A stretch of 64,000 nucleotides of DNA, taken from the IMG/VR virus record IMGVR_UViG_3300027849_000009, one strand, 5' to 3'. Made by a program: the position numbers and the translations under genes. Shown one piece after another: positions 35,991 through 46,992 of this stretch. How positions within the stretch are numbered: position 1 is the first letter of the stretch; every line of letters begins with the position of its first letter. The notes under the pieces are model-generated. The model was given only the letters and a program-made list of their open reading frames with translations. It was not told the DNA's origin and did not search any database. Source of the stretch: a virus.

Positions 35991-36227
35991 ATGCCTATTT
36001 ACACAATGAAAAACATTAATACTGGCGAAACAGAAGATATGTTTATGTCTATAGCAAACATGGAAAAATTCGTGGCAGAAGGTACTCACACACAAGTTAT
36101 GAGTGCGCCTGCTTTGGTAAGTCATACAGGTAACATCATCAATAAGACATCTGGTGATTGGAAAGAACATCTTACTCGCTGTCAGAAAGCGGCAGGCACT
36201 CACATTCCTAATACTATAAAAGTATAA
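35991..36227 (+). CDS. FmdB-like small protein
   Basis: MPIY...TGE N-terminus; sits directly upstream of phoH. Confidence 0.65.
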   Translation: MPIYTMKNINTGETEDMFMSIANMEKFVAEGTHTQVMSAPALVSHTGNIINKTSGDWKEHLTRCQKAAGTHIPNTIKV

Positions 36228-36228
36228 T

Positions 36229-36954
36229 ATGAAATCAAAACAAACTAAAGGTCAGTTCATTACAGCGGCACCGGCACGTCGACCCAGAACACTTCGTCTC
36301 TGCGACTTGATGACTATCGATCCTCTTACAGATAAGCAGAGAGATACGTTTGAAGCATATAAGTCTGGTGATCATCTAGCACTCGTAGGAACAGCAGGAA
36401 CAGGTAAGACATTTCTTGCTCTATATCTTGCGTTCGAAGAGATGATGAATAAGTCAACAATATACGAATCAGTTAGAATCGTTCGCTCAGTTGTACCTAC
36501 AAGAGATGTTGGTTTCTTGCCAGGAACACTAGAAGAGAAACTTGATGCGTTCACAGGACCTTATCGTTCTGCTTGTGCTGAGTTGTTCGGAGACGGTGAA
36601 GCGTATGATAAACTGATTGATGCCAACCAATTAACATTCGAGTCTACATCATTTATTCGTGGTGTCACATATGATAACTCTATTGTTATTGTCGATGAGA
36701 TGCAGAACTTAAACTTTCACGAGTTAGATTCTATCATCACACGTATCGGTCAAAACAGTAAGATTATATTTGCAGGTGATTATCTGCAATCAGATTTCAA
36801 GAATAAGAATGAAAAAGAAGGGGTTAATAAATTCCTAAGTATACTTGAGAACATGAAACATTTCAGCATAGTTACATTTACTTGGGAAGACATCGTAAGG
36901 TCTGACTTCGTGAGAGACTATATAATGACTAAAGAACATATGGGCATAACATAA
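36229..36954 (+). CDS. phoH: PhoH-family ATPase
   Basis: GTAGTGKT, GFLPG, RG.T, DEMQN, GD..QSD, VRS motifs. Confidence 0.95.
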   Translation: MKSKQTKGQFITAAPARRPRTLRLCDLMTIDPLTDKQRDTFEAYKSGDHLALVGTAGTGKTFLALYLAFEEMMNKSTIYESVRIVRSVVPTRDVGFLPGTLEEKLDAFTGPYRSACAELFGDGEAYDKLIDANQLTFESTSFIRGVTYDNSIVIVDEMQNLNFHELDSIITRIGQNSKIIFAGDYLQSDFKNKNEKEGVNKFLSILENMKHFSIVTFTWEDIVRSDFVRDYIMTKEHMGIT

Positions 36955-37400
36955 TGAACAGAACAAATTTATTTGAACAATTAAAAATCGACGAAGGTGT
37001 CAAGTACGAAGTGTACAAGGATCATCTTGGTTATCCAACATTTGGTGTAGGTCACTTAATTTTAAAAGATGACCCCGAATATGGATTCGAAGAAGGCACT
37101 CCTATCTCAGAAGAACGTGTTGTTGAAGCGTTTAAATATGACAGTGAGTTAGCAGAGTCAGAGTGTGTTGCACTATTCGGTAACGGATTCATGTTGTGGC
37201 AACCAGAAGTACAAGAAATCTGCATTAACATGATGTTCAACTTAGGTCGTACTCGACTAAGTAAGTTCAAGAACTTCAGGGCAGCACTTAAAGATAAAGA
37301 CTTTGCACGAGCGGCAGTAGAAGGTCGTGATAGTCTATGGTACAGACAAGTAGGCAATCGTGCCGAGCGTCTGATGGTTAGATTGGAAGCACTAGGATAA
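36954..37400 (+). CDS. Lysozyme/endolysin (T4 e-like, GH24)
   Basis: DEG......Y.D..GY.T.G.GH; NM.FNLG; S.W..QV..RA. Confidence 0.9.
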   Translation: MNRTNLFEQLKIDEGVKYEVYKDHLGYPTFGVGHLILKDDPEYGFEEGTPISEERVVEAFKYDSELAESECVALFGNGFMLWQPEVQEICINMMFNLGRTRLSKFKNFRAALKDKDFARAAVEGRDSLWYRQVGNRAERLMVRLEALG

Positions 37401-37405
37401 TAGTA

Positions 37406-37561
37406 ATGGCAAAGTACGGTCGATTCGATCCCCGTAATAAGAAGAAAGAGCAGAAGTCTGGTAAGAAAGTAAGAACACCACAGGATGCTATGAATTTTAT
37501 TAACTCGCTTGATAAGAGGTCTTTCTCGGAGTCTACTACAGATCAACGTGAACAAAAGTAA
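37406..37561 (+). CDS. Small basic hypothetical protein
   Basis: MAKYGRFDPRNKKK...; AGGA SD. Confidence 0.6.
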   Translation: MAKYGRFDPRNKKKEQKSGKKVRTPQDAMNFINSLDKRSFSESTTDQREQK

Positions 37562-38448
37562 TGCCATTACAAGAGTACGTCGATCCATGGAAAGGACTGT
37601 CTTTTCTTTTTACAGATACTAATACTGTAGATTGGAAGGGCACCATTGGTGTCGGCGACATACTCTTTGGTCTTAATGCTGTACATATGCTCACACATCT
37701 AGCACGAAAGTCTGGTCGCGATGTGCCATTCACTACGATGAATGTGCATTGGAATCACAGCGAAGACCACCTCCATCACTTCGAAGATCCCGAAACTATC
37801 ATTGAGCGAACTGATTACATTCATTCGTTCTATCACGATAAAGAATCCGTAAAGATTAATCATATCTTTAACTCCACTGACAATGAGATTGAACGTCTAC
37901 GTCATAGAGGACTACAACGTAAGTCTGGTGCGAGAGATGTGCTAGATGGTATCCCGTCATGGATGTTCAGACGCGATTGCTGGCACGATTCAAGTGAAAG
38001 CAAGAAGGTCGTATTCTGGAGACCATTCGTACTTAATGCAGAGATCCCACGTGGGTGGAAACGAACCTTTCAACCCGAAGACTGGGAAAGAATACTCGAC
38101 ATACTACGCGCCAAAGGTTATGAACTTATTGAGTTGTCGTACCGCACCCCCGTAAGAGAAGCATTCTATCATATCAACACTTGTCGTTTTGGTATATTCT
38201 ACGATGGCATGTGGCAGTACATTGCAAAGAATTTATGTAAACCTGTTGTAGCATTAGGCGACAATGGTATCATTCACATACACAATCCGCAGGGCGTCAA
38301 CTTCAAGTTACCTATACCAGATGCTGGAGGTGGTACTGTATTCTCTTATCTTGAGGGTTTAGATAAAGGAAATCAAAATCACATGGATCGTCGTGCAGAG
38401 AAATATCGAGATTTTATACTAAATGAGTTGCAAGTTGAAGACATTTAG
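37561..38448 (+). CDS. Putative GT-B glycosyltransferase-like protein
   Basis: GVGD near N-terminus; WKR.F..EDW and YDG...IA..L.KP resemble GT9-like enzymes. Confidence 0.5.
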   Translation: MPLQEYVDPWKGLSFLFTDTNTVDWKGTIGVGDILFGLNAVHMLTHLARKSGRDVPFTTMNVHWNHSEDHLHHFEDPETIIERTDYIHSFYHDKESVKINHIFNSTDNEIERLRHRGLQRKSGARDVLDGIPSWMFRRDCWHDSSESKKVVFWRPFVLNAEIPRGWKRTFQPEDWERILDILRAKGYELIELSYRTPVREAFYHINTCRFGIFYDGMWQYIAKNLCKPVVALGDNGIIHIHNPQGVNFKLPIPDAGGGTVFSYLEGLDKGNQNHMDRRAEKYRDFILNELQVEDI

Positions 38449-38493
38449 TGTATACTATACATAGTAGTCTATAACGTAATAAAGTGAATTAAT

Positions 38494-39462
38494 ATGAAAA
38501 TCGATAGAGCAGTAATTGAGATTGAAGGTGCATGTAACTTCTCATGTACCATGTGTCCACAAGACAAGCGCAACGAACAGGGCGGGCGACACAAAGACTT
38601 TCTTCGTAAGATGAATCTATTGGAGTTTGAGGACTACGTAAGAGATTGCGCACAGCATGGTTTACGTGTAGTTAATCTTGATGGTTCTGGCGAAGCAACA
38701 ATTCTACGAACACTTCCTAAATATATTGAAATCGTTAAGAGATACAATGCCGAGTGCGTTATCTTCTCTAACGGTTTTAAGATGCATGGTCAATTCATGC
38801 GAGACTGTGTTGATGCAGGACTCGACTTCTTCAGGTTTTCGTTCATCGGTTCGAATCCAGAAAAGTATCAACAATGGATGTATAACACTCGCGGTTCGAA
38901 CTACGAGTTTATCAAGAAGAACATTCGTGAGATGCGCGACTATGTTAAGTCATCGGGTTCTACATGTACTGTAGCAACATATCATCTTATCACTGACAAC
39001 GACAACTACGAGAACGAACTTGCTGAGTATAAAGCAATCGTTGAAGAGTTAGATGTTAAGACTGAAATCTGGAAGATGCACAACTGGTCAGGCGTATATG
39101 AGTTAGATGTTAATGCTCGAAAGGGTGAAGTTAAAACATGTGGTCGACCATTCGCTCCTGATGTTGTGATTCGTGCTGGCGGTTTAGATGGTAACAGAGG
39201 TGCAGTTGCGCCATGTTGTCAAGTATTAGGTCGCGACGAAGAGGCAGTTCTTGGTCATTGTTCTGTAAACACTATCGAAGAGATTTGGGATGGACCTGCT
39301 TACACCGAGTTAAGAGACAATCATACTACAGGTGACTATCCAGATTACTGTAAGTCGTGTGACTTTTTACTTGACGATCCAGAAGTTTTAGTCTATAGTA
39401 ACCATGAACGTGATCTACACCAGATGTACGGCACTGAATTTAGTCTTGAGGAATTTCGATGA
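38494..39462 (+). CDS. Radical SAM/SPASM protein
   Basis: CNFSCTMC; C-terminal C...PCC...C..C SPASM/twitch motif. Confidence 0.9.
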   Translation: MKIDRAVIEIEGACNFSCTMCPQDKRNEQGGRHKDFLRKMNLLEFEDYVRDCAQHGLRVVNLDGSGEATILRTLPKYIEIVKRYNAECVIFSNGFKMHGQFMRDCVDAGLDFFRFSFIGSNPEKYQQWMYNTRGSNYEFIKKNIREMRDYVKSSGSTCTVATYHLITDNDNYENELAEYKAIVEELDVKTEIWKMHNWSGVYELDVNARKGEVKTCGRPFAPDVVIRAGGLDGNRGAVAPCCQVLGRDEEAVLGHCSVNTIEEIWDGPAYTELRDNHTTGDYPDYCKSCDFLLDDPEVLVYSNHERDLHQMYGTEFSLEEFR

Positions 39463-40040
39463 AACCAGATGTTCATATGATTACTATTACTGGTAATGCT
39501 ATATCAGAACACTATCGCGATCTTGTTAAACCATCGTGGGAAGATGCTGGTTGGAAAGTTTTAAACTTCGAAGCGTTAGTTCCTGAGGACTGTGTGAATG
39601 TGAAAATCTTACCCTTAGGCGATAAGCGTCGAGGTGCTAAGATAGTTGGATTTACTGAAACAGAGATAGCAGTTTGGTACAGTCATTACTATGCTTGGAT
39701 GCTATGTCGTAAGTTAGATAAACCTATCATCGTAGCAGAGCATGACATTCTATTAGAACAAGATATTGATCCAGATGTGTTCAATCATCCTATTGCCTGC
39801 TTGTCTCATGTCACACGAAGAAACGGTGATCATGCTAAACTCGCGGGTGGTGCATATTATATTACGCCAGCAGGCGCAAAGAGATTATGTGCAATCAAAG
39901 ACCATAAGAAAGACTCTGTTGATTATAACTCTGATGCTTGGATACATCGTATTTGTGATACTTACGGTAAATGGTTTATGATGACAACTATACAAGTGCA
40001 AGACCAAGAAGTTGGTGTTACAGTTGAGCATAGAAAATGA
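39459..40040 (+). CDS. Glycosyltransferase family 25-like
   Basis: E.A...SH...W, EHD and AY.ITP.GA motifs. Confidence 0.75.
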   Translation: MKPDVHMITITGNAISEHYRDLVKPSWEDAGWKVLNFEALVPEDCVNVKILPLGDKRRGAKIVGFTETEIAVWYSHYYAWMLCRKLDKPIIVAEHDILLEQDIDPDVFNHPIACLSHVTRRNGDHAKLAGGAYYITPAGAKRLCAIKDHKKDSVDYNSDAWIHRICDTYGKWFMMTTIQVQDQEVGVTVEHRK

Positions 40041-40822
40041 AAAGATTAATATATCAAGTAGCAGTAGGCAAACCTTCGAAGTTATATGCAACGTGTATAG
40101 AGACAGTCTCCTTATATTGCGAACGTCATGGTATAGAGCATATCGTACAGACAACTCCTAAACTTAGAATCAAACCCGACATCTTTACCACGGGTCGTAG
40201 CACTGAGTCATACAGTAAACATGGTGGTTTTCTACCTATCTTCGAGAAAGAGAATGCGTTCGATCTCCTTGATTCTTATGACCAGATTGCTATAGTTGAT
40301 GCTGACATATTCATACGTGAAGACGCTCCTAATATCTTCGATGATTTCGGAACAGATCGTGCGTTCGGTGCAGTCATTGAGCGAGAGATGCCTATCACTA
40401 GAGAGTATCAGAACAAGATACAAAACTACTCTAATATGCAGTACGCTGGATTACACACACCTCAAGTTGACTTCAAACCTAACAGATTAGGATTCGAGTT
40501 CGCTAACATGGGTCTAATTCTACTGAACAGTAAGTTGTTTAAACCTTATCTTAAAGGACAGACAGCAAAACAGTTTCTAAATCGTATTGAGTTTAAACCA
40601 TTCGTTGATGGTATCAATGCTTGGAAATGGTCTACAGATCAGACTCTATTGAACTATTTCATAAAAAAAGAGAAGGTTTCGTTTAAATCGCTTGACTTTA
40701 GATGGAATGGTCTGTATACTGTAAATACAAAGATAACTGAATGCTACTTCGTTCACTTCTTTCTGAAAGATAAACTGCCGAATGGTGGTGAGAATGTAAG
40801 CGAGTTAATAGGAAACATATGA
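40037..40822 (+). CDS. GT-A glycosyltransferase (GT8/GT34-like)
   Basis: DAD, N.G, DQ.LLN, WN, HF motifs. Confidence 0.8.
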   Translation: MKRLIYQVAVGKPSKLYATCIETVSLYCERHGIEHIVQTTPKLRIKPDIFTTGRSTESYSKHGGFLPIFEKENAFDLLDSYDQIAIVDADIFIREDAPNIFDDFGTDRAFGAVIEREMPITREYQNKIQNYSNMQYAGLHTPQVDFKPNRLGFEFANMGLILLNSKLFKPYLKGQTAKQFLNRIEFKPFVDGINAWKWSTDQTLLNYFIKKEKVSFKSLDFRWNGLYTVNTKITECYFVHFFLKDKLPNGGENVSELIGNI

Positions 40823-41922
40823 AGTCATACGAAGATAAAACCCAGAAGTACAGTACGTGGGGAGATAAACTTCTCCAACATACTGACCTTCTGGCGTCCA
40901 TACAGATAGAAGATAAGTTTAAACCAGTTACAGTTCAACTGTCGCTATGTGAGATGTGTGACAGTGATTGTCCGTTCTGCTCTGTTGCGGCACGACCTCT
41001 GAAGAGTTACATCCCATGGGAGCAAGTGAAACAACTTCTGCTTGACTTTAAAGATTTGGGTGCTAAGAGTATCGAGATTACAGGTGGTGGTAATCCAATG
41101 CTGTATCGCGATAAAGAGACCAAGAAGAATATTAACGATGTGATTAAGTTCTGCAACGAATGTGGATTCGATGTTGGTATTATTACTAACACAGAGAAAC
41201 TTGAACGTCATCTTAATCCCGAAGTATATCCAATGATTAACTGGATTCGTATCTCACTGATTAAGTTAGATGAGCGAACTGCACCAGAGAAGTATGATTT
41301 CGGATCATTCCCTCACAGCAAGTTGGGATTCAGTTACATAATCTACGATAGCACAGGCGATGGACCTGATGTATTATCTCGCACGAACAAACCTTATCAA
41401 GGCACTACAGTAGAAAGCATCGAACGTATTGCTAAACTGATTGAGTTGAACCCTGGTGTTAAGTTCTGTCGTATTGCAGGCAACTGTTTATTGTCAGGAC
41501 ACAACACAGAGATACGTGGTAGATTCGGTGCTATCATTGACGCGCTTGATAAACATGACAAGTTCTTTATCAAAGAGATATGGGATCAAGATAAACCATT
41601 CTCTGACGGTTGTTACGTAGGACTAGTTCGACCATACATTGCACCACATCCTGACGGTGGCACATATCAAGTTTATATTTGCACAAGTCATGTACTAGAG
41701 AATCGAATCTATGATTTGGACTATTCTCTTGGTGATATTAAAGATATCAAAGCAATATGGAACAAGGCAAATCTACTGTACGCAAAGACAGGCAACCCGT
41801 ATGAAGTACGTGGTAACTGTGGTGATGACTGGGACAAGTCATGCGTGAAGTGCTTCTACTATAACAATAACAAACTACTACATACAGTAGCGCAACCAAT
41901 GGAAGACCCTAACTTTCCGTGA
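40819..41922 (+). CDS. Radical SAM protein with C-terminal Cys domain
   Basis: CDSDCPFC, ITGGGNP; C-terminal C...C..C. Confidence 0.85.
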   Translation: MKSYEDKTQKYSTWGDKLLQHTDLLASIQIEDKFKPVTVQLSLCEMCDSDCPFCSVAARPLKSYIPWEQVKQLLLDFKDLGAKSIEITGGGNPMLYRDKETKKNINDVIKFCNECGFDVGIITNTEKLERHLNPEVYPMINWIRISLIKLDERTAPEKYDFGSFPHSKLGFSYIIYDSTGDGPDVLSRTNKPYQGTTVESIERIAKLIELNPGVKFCRIAGNCLLSGHNTEIRGRFGAIIDALDKHDKFFIKEIWDQDKPFSDGCYVGLVRPYIAPHPDGGTYQVYICTSHVLENRIYDLDYSLGDIKDIKAIWNKANLLYAKTGNPYEVRGNCGDDWDKSCVKCFYYNNNKLLHTVAQPMEDPNFP

Positions 41923-42073
41923 GACATGAAACAGGGATGTTCATTTTGCGAATGATGTTGATTGTCTGGTTATCAATGAGTGTTGATGGCGAAGATGATC
42001 TTTACGGAGTACTCTCCTCAATAAGAAGACTCCAAGAGTGTAAGAAACTAGTAACTATACAATAGGTGATGAT

Positions 42074-42658
42074 GTGGCATTTGACAAAACGTACTACGAA
42101 ACAAACAACTATACGAACTATCTCGAAAGAGGTGATCGTTATCAACAAACTGCCGCAGAGTTGCTGGCACACTTAAAGACTATGAACTTAGATCATGGAC
42201 CCTTTCTCGACTTCGGTTGTGCTGTAGGGTTTCTACTTCAGGGTCTAAAGAATCTAAGACCTGATGAGGAGATGTACGGTGTTGACATCTCTGAATATGC
42301 TCGTGAAGTATGTAAGGAGAAAGAACTCACTGCATTAGCAGAAGTAGAATTCGCTAAGAGTCACGGTGTTGTATTTGCTATGGATGTATTCGAGCATATG
42401 CCTATCGATCAACTCGACCTATTCTTCAATCTTATTAAAGCAGAAACTATCGTATTTCGTATGCCGGTACCTGCTGCCGAAGGCGAAGATTACTACCTTG
42501 ATGTATCTCGTGCTGATCCTACACATCTTATTAAGTGGACTAAGGACGAGTGGAGAGAATTCTTTGTAGAGAATAACTATATTCCTCTTGACTTAAACCT
42601 CTCAACGGTGTATAATAGTACTGGAGTTTACACTGGATTAGCAATTCGAGTTAAGTAA
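42074..42658 (+). CDS. Class I SAM-dependent methyltransferase
   Basis: LDFGCAVG, GVDIS, DVFEH, DPTH. Confidence 0.85.
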   Translation: MAFDKTYYETNNYTNYLERGDRYQQTAAELLAHLKTMNLDHGPFLDFGCAVGFLLQGLKNLRPDEEMYGVDISEYAREVCKEKELTALAEVEFAKSHGVVFAMDVFEHMPIDQLDLFFNLIKAETIVFRMPVPAAEGEDYYLDVSRADPTHLIKWTKDEWREFFVENNYIPLDLNLSTVYNSTGVYTGLAIRVK

Positions 42659-43200
42659 TGTACAACGCATTTAAAATAGAAAACATCTTCGACCAAGACG
42701 AGATAGAGAATCTAAAATCTTTATTCGAATCTTGTTCGGAGAGTTTAGCACATCAAGATTACAATCTCTATGATGTTGATAAACGTATTATTCCAAACTC
42801 TGCTACACATCCTCTGTTACAAAAACTAAATCAATATGTCGATCTGACTCCTATGTCTCATTACTTTGTTAAGTATGATGTCGAAGGATTCACTAGTCTG
42901 CATACAGATGATGATGGTGTGGTAAAGTTGACTGTCGTTACATTGCTTGACGATGTGGATTTAGTAGGCGGCGAGACTCTTGTACTTGATCGCTACGTGA
43001 AGAATGCTAGACCATCATATAAGTATGCAAAACGTGGTAAGATGGGAGAAGCGCCAATTGGCAGTTCACGTATTCCTGTCATTGCTAGAATGAAACCTGG
43101 AGACTCTATCAGTTATGACAATGCAGTAAAGCATGGCGTTTGTCAAGTTGAGAAGGGTTATAGATTAGTATTAGTTAGTTGGTATAAAGAACATGATTAA
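42658..43200 (+). CDS. 2OG-Fe(II) oxygenase
   Basis: HTD...GGE...H.V.....R..LV.W. Confidence 0.8.
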   Translation: MYNAFKIENIFDQDEIENLKSLFESCSESLAHQDYNLYDVDKRIIPNSATHPLLQKLNQYVDLTPMSHYFVKYDVEGFTSLHTDDDGVVKLTVVTLLDDVDLVGGETLVLDRYVKNARPSYKYAKRGKMGEAPIGSSRIPVIARMKPGDSISYDNAVKHGVCQVEKGYRLVLVSWYKEHD

Positions 43201-43672
43201 GATTGCACACCGTGGTAATGTAAGTGGACCTAATCCTGGTCGCGAGAACACCTCAAAGTATATTGATGAAGCAGTTGAATTAGGGTATATCGCTGAAGTG
43301 GATATATGGAAAGTCGGTGACAGATTATATATGACACATGAATGCAAGTTGAACGATAGAACTGAAATCAACATTGAATGGTTAAAGTCACGAAAGAATG
43401 AACTTGTTATACACTGTAAAGATATTATTGCATTACAGTTTTTCTCGTGTTCACTTGAAGACTGGCACTTCTATTATCACGAGAGTGACGCATATACTCT
43501 AACAAGTGCTAATTGGATTTGGGCATTTCCCGGGAGTCCTGTTCACCCATATAAACCTAAAGACATTTACAATTCTGCTGATTGTGTTTCTATATGCAAC
43601 TTACCAGAACTGAGTGACCAAGATGTATCACTGTTTGCTGGTGTATGTTCTGATTACATAGAGAACTATTAA
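43193..43672 (+). CDS. Glycerophosphodiester phosphodiesterase-like protein
   Basis: IAHRGN, EN, EVD, H, C.D motifs. Confidence 0.8.
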   Translation: MIKIAHRGNVSGPNPGRENTSKYIDEAVELGYIAEVDIWKVGDRLYMTHECKLNDRTEINIEWLKSRKNELVIHCKDIIALQFFSCSLEDWHFYYHESDAYTLTSANWIWAFPGSPVHPYKPKDIYNSADCVSICNLPELSDQDVSLFAGVCSDYIENY

Positions 43673-44376
43673 TGAAAGTCTATTGTATTTACACAGAGAA
43701 AGATCCTCAATCTAAGAAGGGATTGCAAAGGTGTAAAGATTCTGCTAAGAAGCACGACATCGATCTTATATCATATCCCTGCATACACTTCTCTGACTTA
43801 AAAGAAGTTTGGAAAGAGCATGACATCAAAGCGAAGTATAAACCAATCCCAGGACAACAGACAGACTTTGTTAAGAAGTTCGCGCCACAGACTAGGGTAG
43901 CAAACGGCACTACACATTATATGTTGTATAAGAAGTGTGTCGAATTGAACGAACCTATTGCTATACTAGAACACGATTCATTTTTTGTCGCACCTCTTCC
44001 TACAGATTTACCTCCTAACATAGATGAGGCGATTATTCAAATATCATCACATTCTGCGATGCAACTTACTCCTACTATGTTGAAGGGTTGTGGTCGTGCT
44101 AATAAGATGAGAACATATGGTAAGACACAAAAACCATATCGCGACTGGACTGGTGAGAAGGGTGTTATATCTCATCCTCTATCAGGCACAAACGGCACTA
44201 GTGGTTACATAATAGGTCCCGTGGCAGCACAGCGAATGATTGACTATATAAATGTAGAAGGTATAGGATTTGCTGATAGATTACGTGAAGATCATATTGG
44301 CGAAGGAAATATTCACTTACAAGTTCCGCAGAGCGTTCTCTGTCCGAACGATATTAAATCAGCGAGACTGACATGA
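43672..44376 (+). CDS. Glycosyltransferase family 25-like
   Basis: H..L...C, LEHD, GY.I.P.AA. Confidence 0.75.
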   Translation: MKVYCIYTEKDPQSKKGLQRCKDSAKKHDIDLISYPCIHFSDLKEVWKEHDIKAKYKPIPGQQTDFVKKFAPQTRVANGTTHYMLYKKCVELNEPIAILEHDSFFVAPLPTDLPPNIDEAIIQISSHSAMQLTPTMLKGCGRANKMRTYGKTQKPYRDWTGEKGVISHPLSGTNGTSGYIIGPVAAQRMIDYINVEGIGFADRLREDHIGEGNIHLQVPQSVLCPNDIKSARLT

Positions 44377-45005
44377 ACATGAACATGAAAGACATCTTTT
44401 TAAAGAACGGTAGTGATAAGGGTGTTACTGGTAAATACCCACACCACTATCACACAGTGTATGAATCAGTATTCGAATCGCGTCGGAACGAACCTATTAA
44501 GATATTAGAGGTAGGTATTTGGAAAGGAACGAGTCATCAATCATGGTTAGATTACTTTCCCAATGCAGAAGTCTATGGCATTGACATATTTACTCGTGAA
44601 CAACCCGAAGACGTTCCTGCACTACAAGATGAGCGGTGTCACTACATCAAAGCAGACAGTACAAATCCTAGTGTACAAGGTCTCATAGATGAAGCATGGG
44701 GCGAAGATATTAAGTTCGACTTTATCATTGATGATGGTTTACATACGCCTACAGCAAACAGAAAGACTTTCGAGAATCTATGGAAGTATACAGCAAAGGG
44801 CGGCAGTTTCTTAATTGAAGATATTTGGCCAATCAACAAGATGACTTTCGATGAAGCAAAACATTCTTGGATACAGAAATCTGCTTACAACAGACACTTC
44901 TATGACATGTTCCTCGAGGCATTGCCCGAAGGATACGTAGAATACGATTGTCGATATACGAGCGGTGTTCCTGATAGTTATATTATAGAGATAAAGAATG
45001 ATTGA
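44373..45005 (+). CDS. Sugar O-methyltransferase-like (class I SAM)
   Basis: SDK...H.Y, LEVGI, GIDI, FIIDDG.H, IED. Confidence 0.8.
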   Translation: MNMNMKDIFLKNGSDKGVTGKYPHHYHTVYESVFESRRNEPIKILEVGIWKGTSHQSWLDYFPNAEVYGIDIFTREQPEDVPALQDERCHYIKADSTNPSVQGLIDEAWGEDIKFDFIIDDGLHTPTANRKTFENLWKYTAKGGSFLIEDIWPINKMTFDEAKHSWIQKSAYNRHFYDMFLEALPEGYVEYDCRYTSGVPDSYIIEIKND

Positions 45006-45696
45006 TGGTTACGTAATAACACTAAGTGATAATCCAATTTCTTGGCATTCAAGCGATAGACTCATTGCTAGTTCAGAGAAAGTAGAGAACGAGTTTACGA
45101 TTCATAAGACTCAAGCAATCACACCTGATCGTGTAACAACATTGATGAAACAGCATCGACTTCATTGGAACTACCCTTGGCAAGGATCACAACTTGATTT
45201 GCAGTCTGGTCTTACGAAGTCTGCTTATCAAACTGTTGATCCCAATAAGAGAATCGCTTGCTTTCTGTCACACTATCTACTATGGAAAAAGTGTGTAAGT
45301 GAGAAGAAAGACATAATGATATTCGAGCATGATGCATATTTTACAAGTAAGTTAGAATATAGTTTGCTATTTCAATCACCTTATGATATAATAGGACTTA
45401 ATGATCCAATGGGAGCAACTAGACGCGCCCAACTATATCATGAAGGTGTAAGCAAGAGACGCGGAGTTAGTCCAGCACCTAAGATAGATAGCATTGAGAT
45501 TCCACAAGGCATAGCAGGAAACTCTGCATACTTCATTAAACCTGAAGGCGCACAGAAACTAATAAACTTAGTGGATGAATACGGTGCTTGGCCAAACGAT
45601 GCTATTATGTGTAAACAATTAATACCTCGCAAACTGGGACAATTGTTCCCTTATGTAACTAAAGTACAAGGTATCGAATCGACGACCTCAATATGA
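44998..45696 (+). CDS. Glycosyltransferase family 25-like
   Basis: ACFLSH..LW, FEHDA, AY.IKP.GA..L. Confidence 0.8.
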   Translation: MIDGYVITLSDNPISWHSSDRLIASSEKVENEFTIHKTQAITPDRVTTLMKQHRLHWNYPWQGSQLDLQSGLTKSAYQTVDPNKRIACFLSHYLLWKKCVSEKKDIMIFEHDAYFTSKLEYSLLFQSPYDIIGLNDPMGATRRAQLYHEGVSKRRGVSPAPKIDSIEIPQGIAGNSAYFIKPEGAQKLINLVDEYGAWPNDAIMCKQLIPRKLGQLFPYVTKVQGIESTTSI

Positions 45697-46343
45697 AATC
45701 ATTTGTAATTACAATAAAATCTTTACCGGAGTCTGTTGCAGTAGCAGAGAGAATGATAGCATCGGCACCTGAGTATGATGTTCAGATGTTCAATGCTATT
45801 ACTCCTAAGGATGATCCATATAAACTATTTGATTATTATGGATTGCCTCTACATGGATTTAGAGAAGAGGGATCAGTGAAACTTAACTGTATGTCTGCAT
45901 TCTTATCACACTACACATTATGGAAAATGTGTGTGAAAGATAATGTCGAGTACCAAATATTCGAGCATGACGCTGTAGCAGTTATGCCTATTCCTAGAGT
46001 GATCAAATATACGGGTTGCGTCAATATTGGTGCACCTAGTTATGGTAGGCAAGTGCAGTGTGTTCAGATGGGTGTTAATCCTTTGACAACTAAGACTTAC
46101 TTTCCTGGCGCACATGGTTATCGACTCAAACCTGATGCGGCAAAGGCATTTATTCAAGGTGCTTATGACTATGCCAGACCAACAGATGTATTTCTAAACA
46201 TTGCAATCTTTCCTTGGTTAGAAGAGTTCTATCCACATCCTGTGGTTGCAAGAGATACATTTACTACTATTCAAAAAGAAGGTGGGTGTGTAGCAAAGCA
46301 TAATTATGATGCTAACAAATATCGGATAATAAGTAATGTCTAA
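45693..46343 (+). CDS. Glycosyltransferase family 25-like
   Basis: AFLSH..LW, FEHDA, GY.L.P.AA, D. Confidence 0.8.
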   Translation: MKSFVITIKSLPESVAVAERMIASAPEYDVQMFNAITPKDDPYKLFDYYGLPLHGFREEGSVKLNCMSAFLSHYTLWKMCVKDNVEYQIFEHDAVAVMPIPRVIKYTGCVNIGAPSYGRQVQCVQMGVNPLTTKTYFPGAHGYRLKPDAAKAFIQGAYDYARPTDVFLNIAIFPWLEEFYPHPVVARDTFTTIQKEGGCVAKHNYDANKYRIISNV

Positions 46344-46992
46344 TACAAGCAGGTGCTTTATTACTGGGTGTGATTCTAATACAGAATGGATGCTCCCTTG
46401 GTTTATTAAGCACTACACTAAGCACAACAAAACACCTATTGTCTTTATGGACTTTGGTGTATCTCGTGAAATGAAAGGATGGTTACAGGCAGATAATATA
46501 TTTGCTGACTACATAACAATGGAGAAACAGAAAGTTGGTGGTTGGTTCTATAAACCACAAGCATTACTTGCATCTCCTTGTGAAGAGACTTGCTGGATTG
46601 ACACAGACATTCATGTACTAGGCGATCTATCGGGTGTCTGGGATCATGTTGAAGATAATAAACTAGGCATGGTAGAAGACAAACCTTGGAGCGCACGAAG
46701 AGGCGAAGTATGGCACAACTCTGGTGTTGTTGCAATGAAGGGCAAACCTAATATACTTCGCAAGTGGGCAGATGAATGTCGAAAGAATCCTAAAGTAGGA
46801 GACCAAGAAGTACTTCACTCGATGATGCTTACTCCCATTTCACGTATGACACACATCAATAGTGTGCCTAATATATACAACTGGTTACGTATACAATTAC
46901 TTGATGGTCAAGACAATCCTAACAAACTTGCTATGCACTGGACAGGTGCAAAGGGCAAAGAACAGATAAAGAAGATAATGTATAATGAGTAA
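46336..46992 (+). CDS. GT-A glycosyltransferase (GT8-like)
   Basis: WF.KP, WIDTD, NSGV, GDQ, YN, HW. Confidence 0.75.
   Translation: MSNTSRCFITGCDSNTEWMLPWFIKHYTKHNKTPIVFMDFGVSREMKGWLQADNIFADYITMEKQKVGGWFYKPQALLASPCEETCWIDTDIHVLGDLSGVWDHVEDNKLGMVEDKPWSARRGEVWHNSGVVAMKGKPNILRKWADECRKNPKVGDQEVLHSMMLTPISRMTHINSVPNIYNWLRIQLLDGQDNPNKLAMHWTGAKGKEQIKKIMYNE

Noticed and set aside
41919-42065. Possible 48-aa ORF between the radical SAM and methyltransferase genes
   Set aside because: It has no motif and only a stop/start overlap as support.
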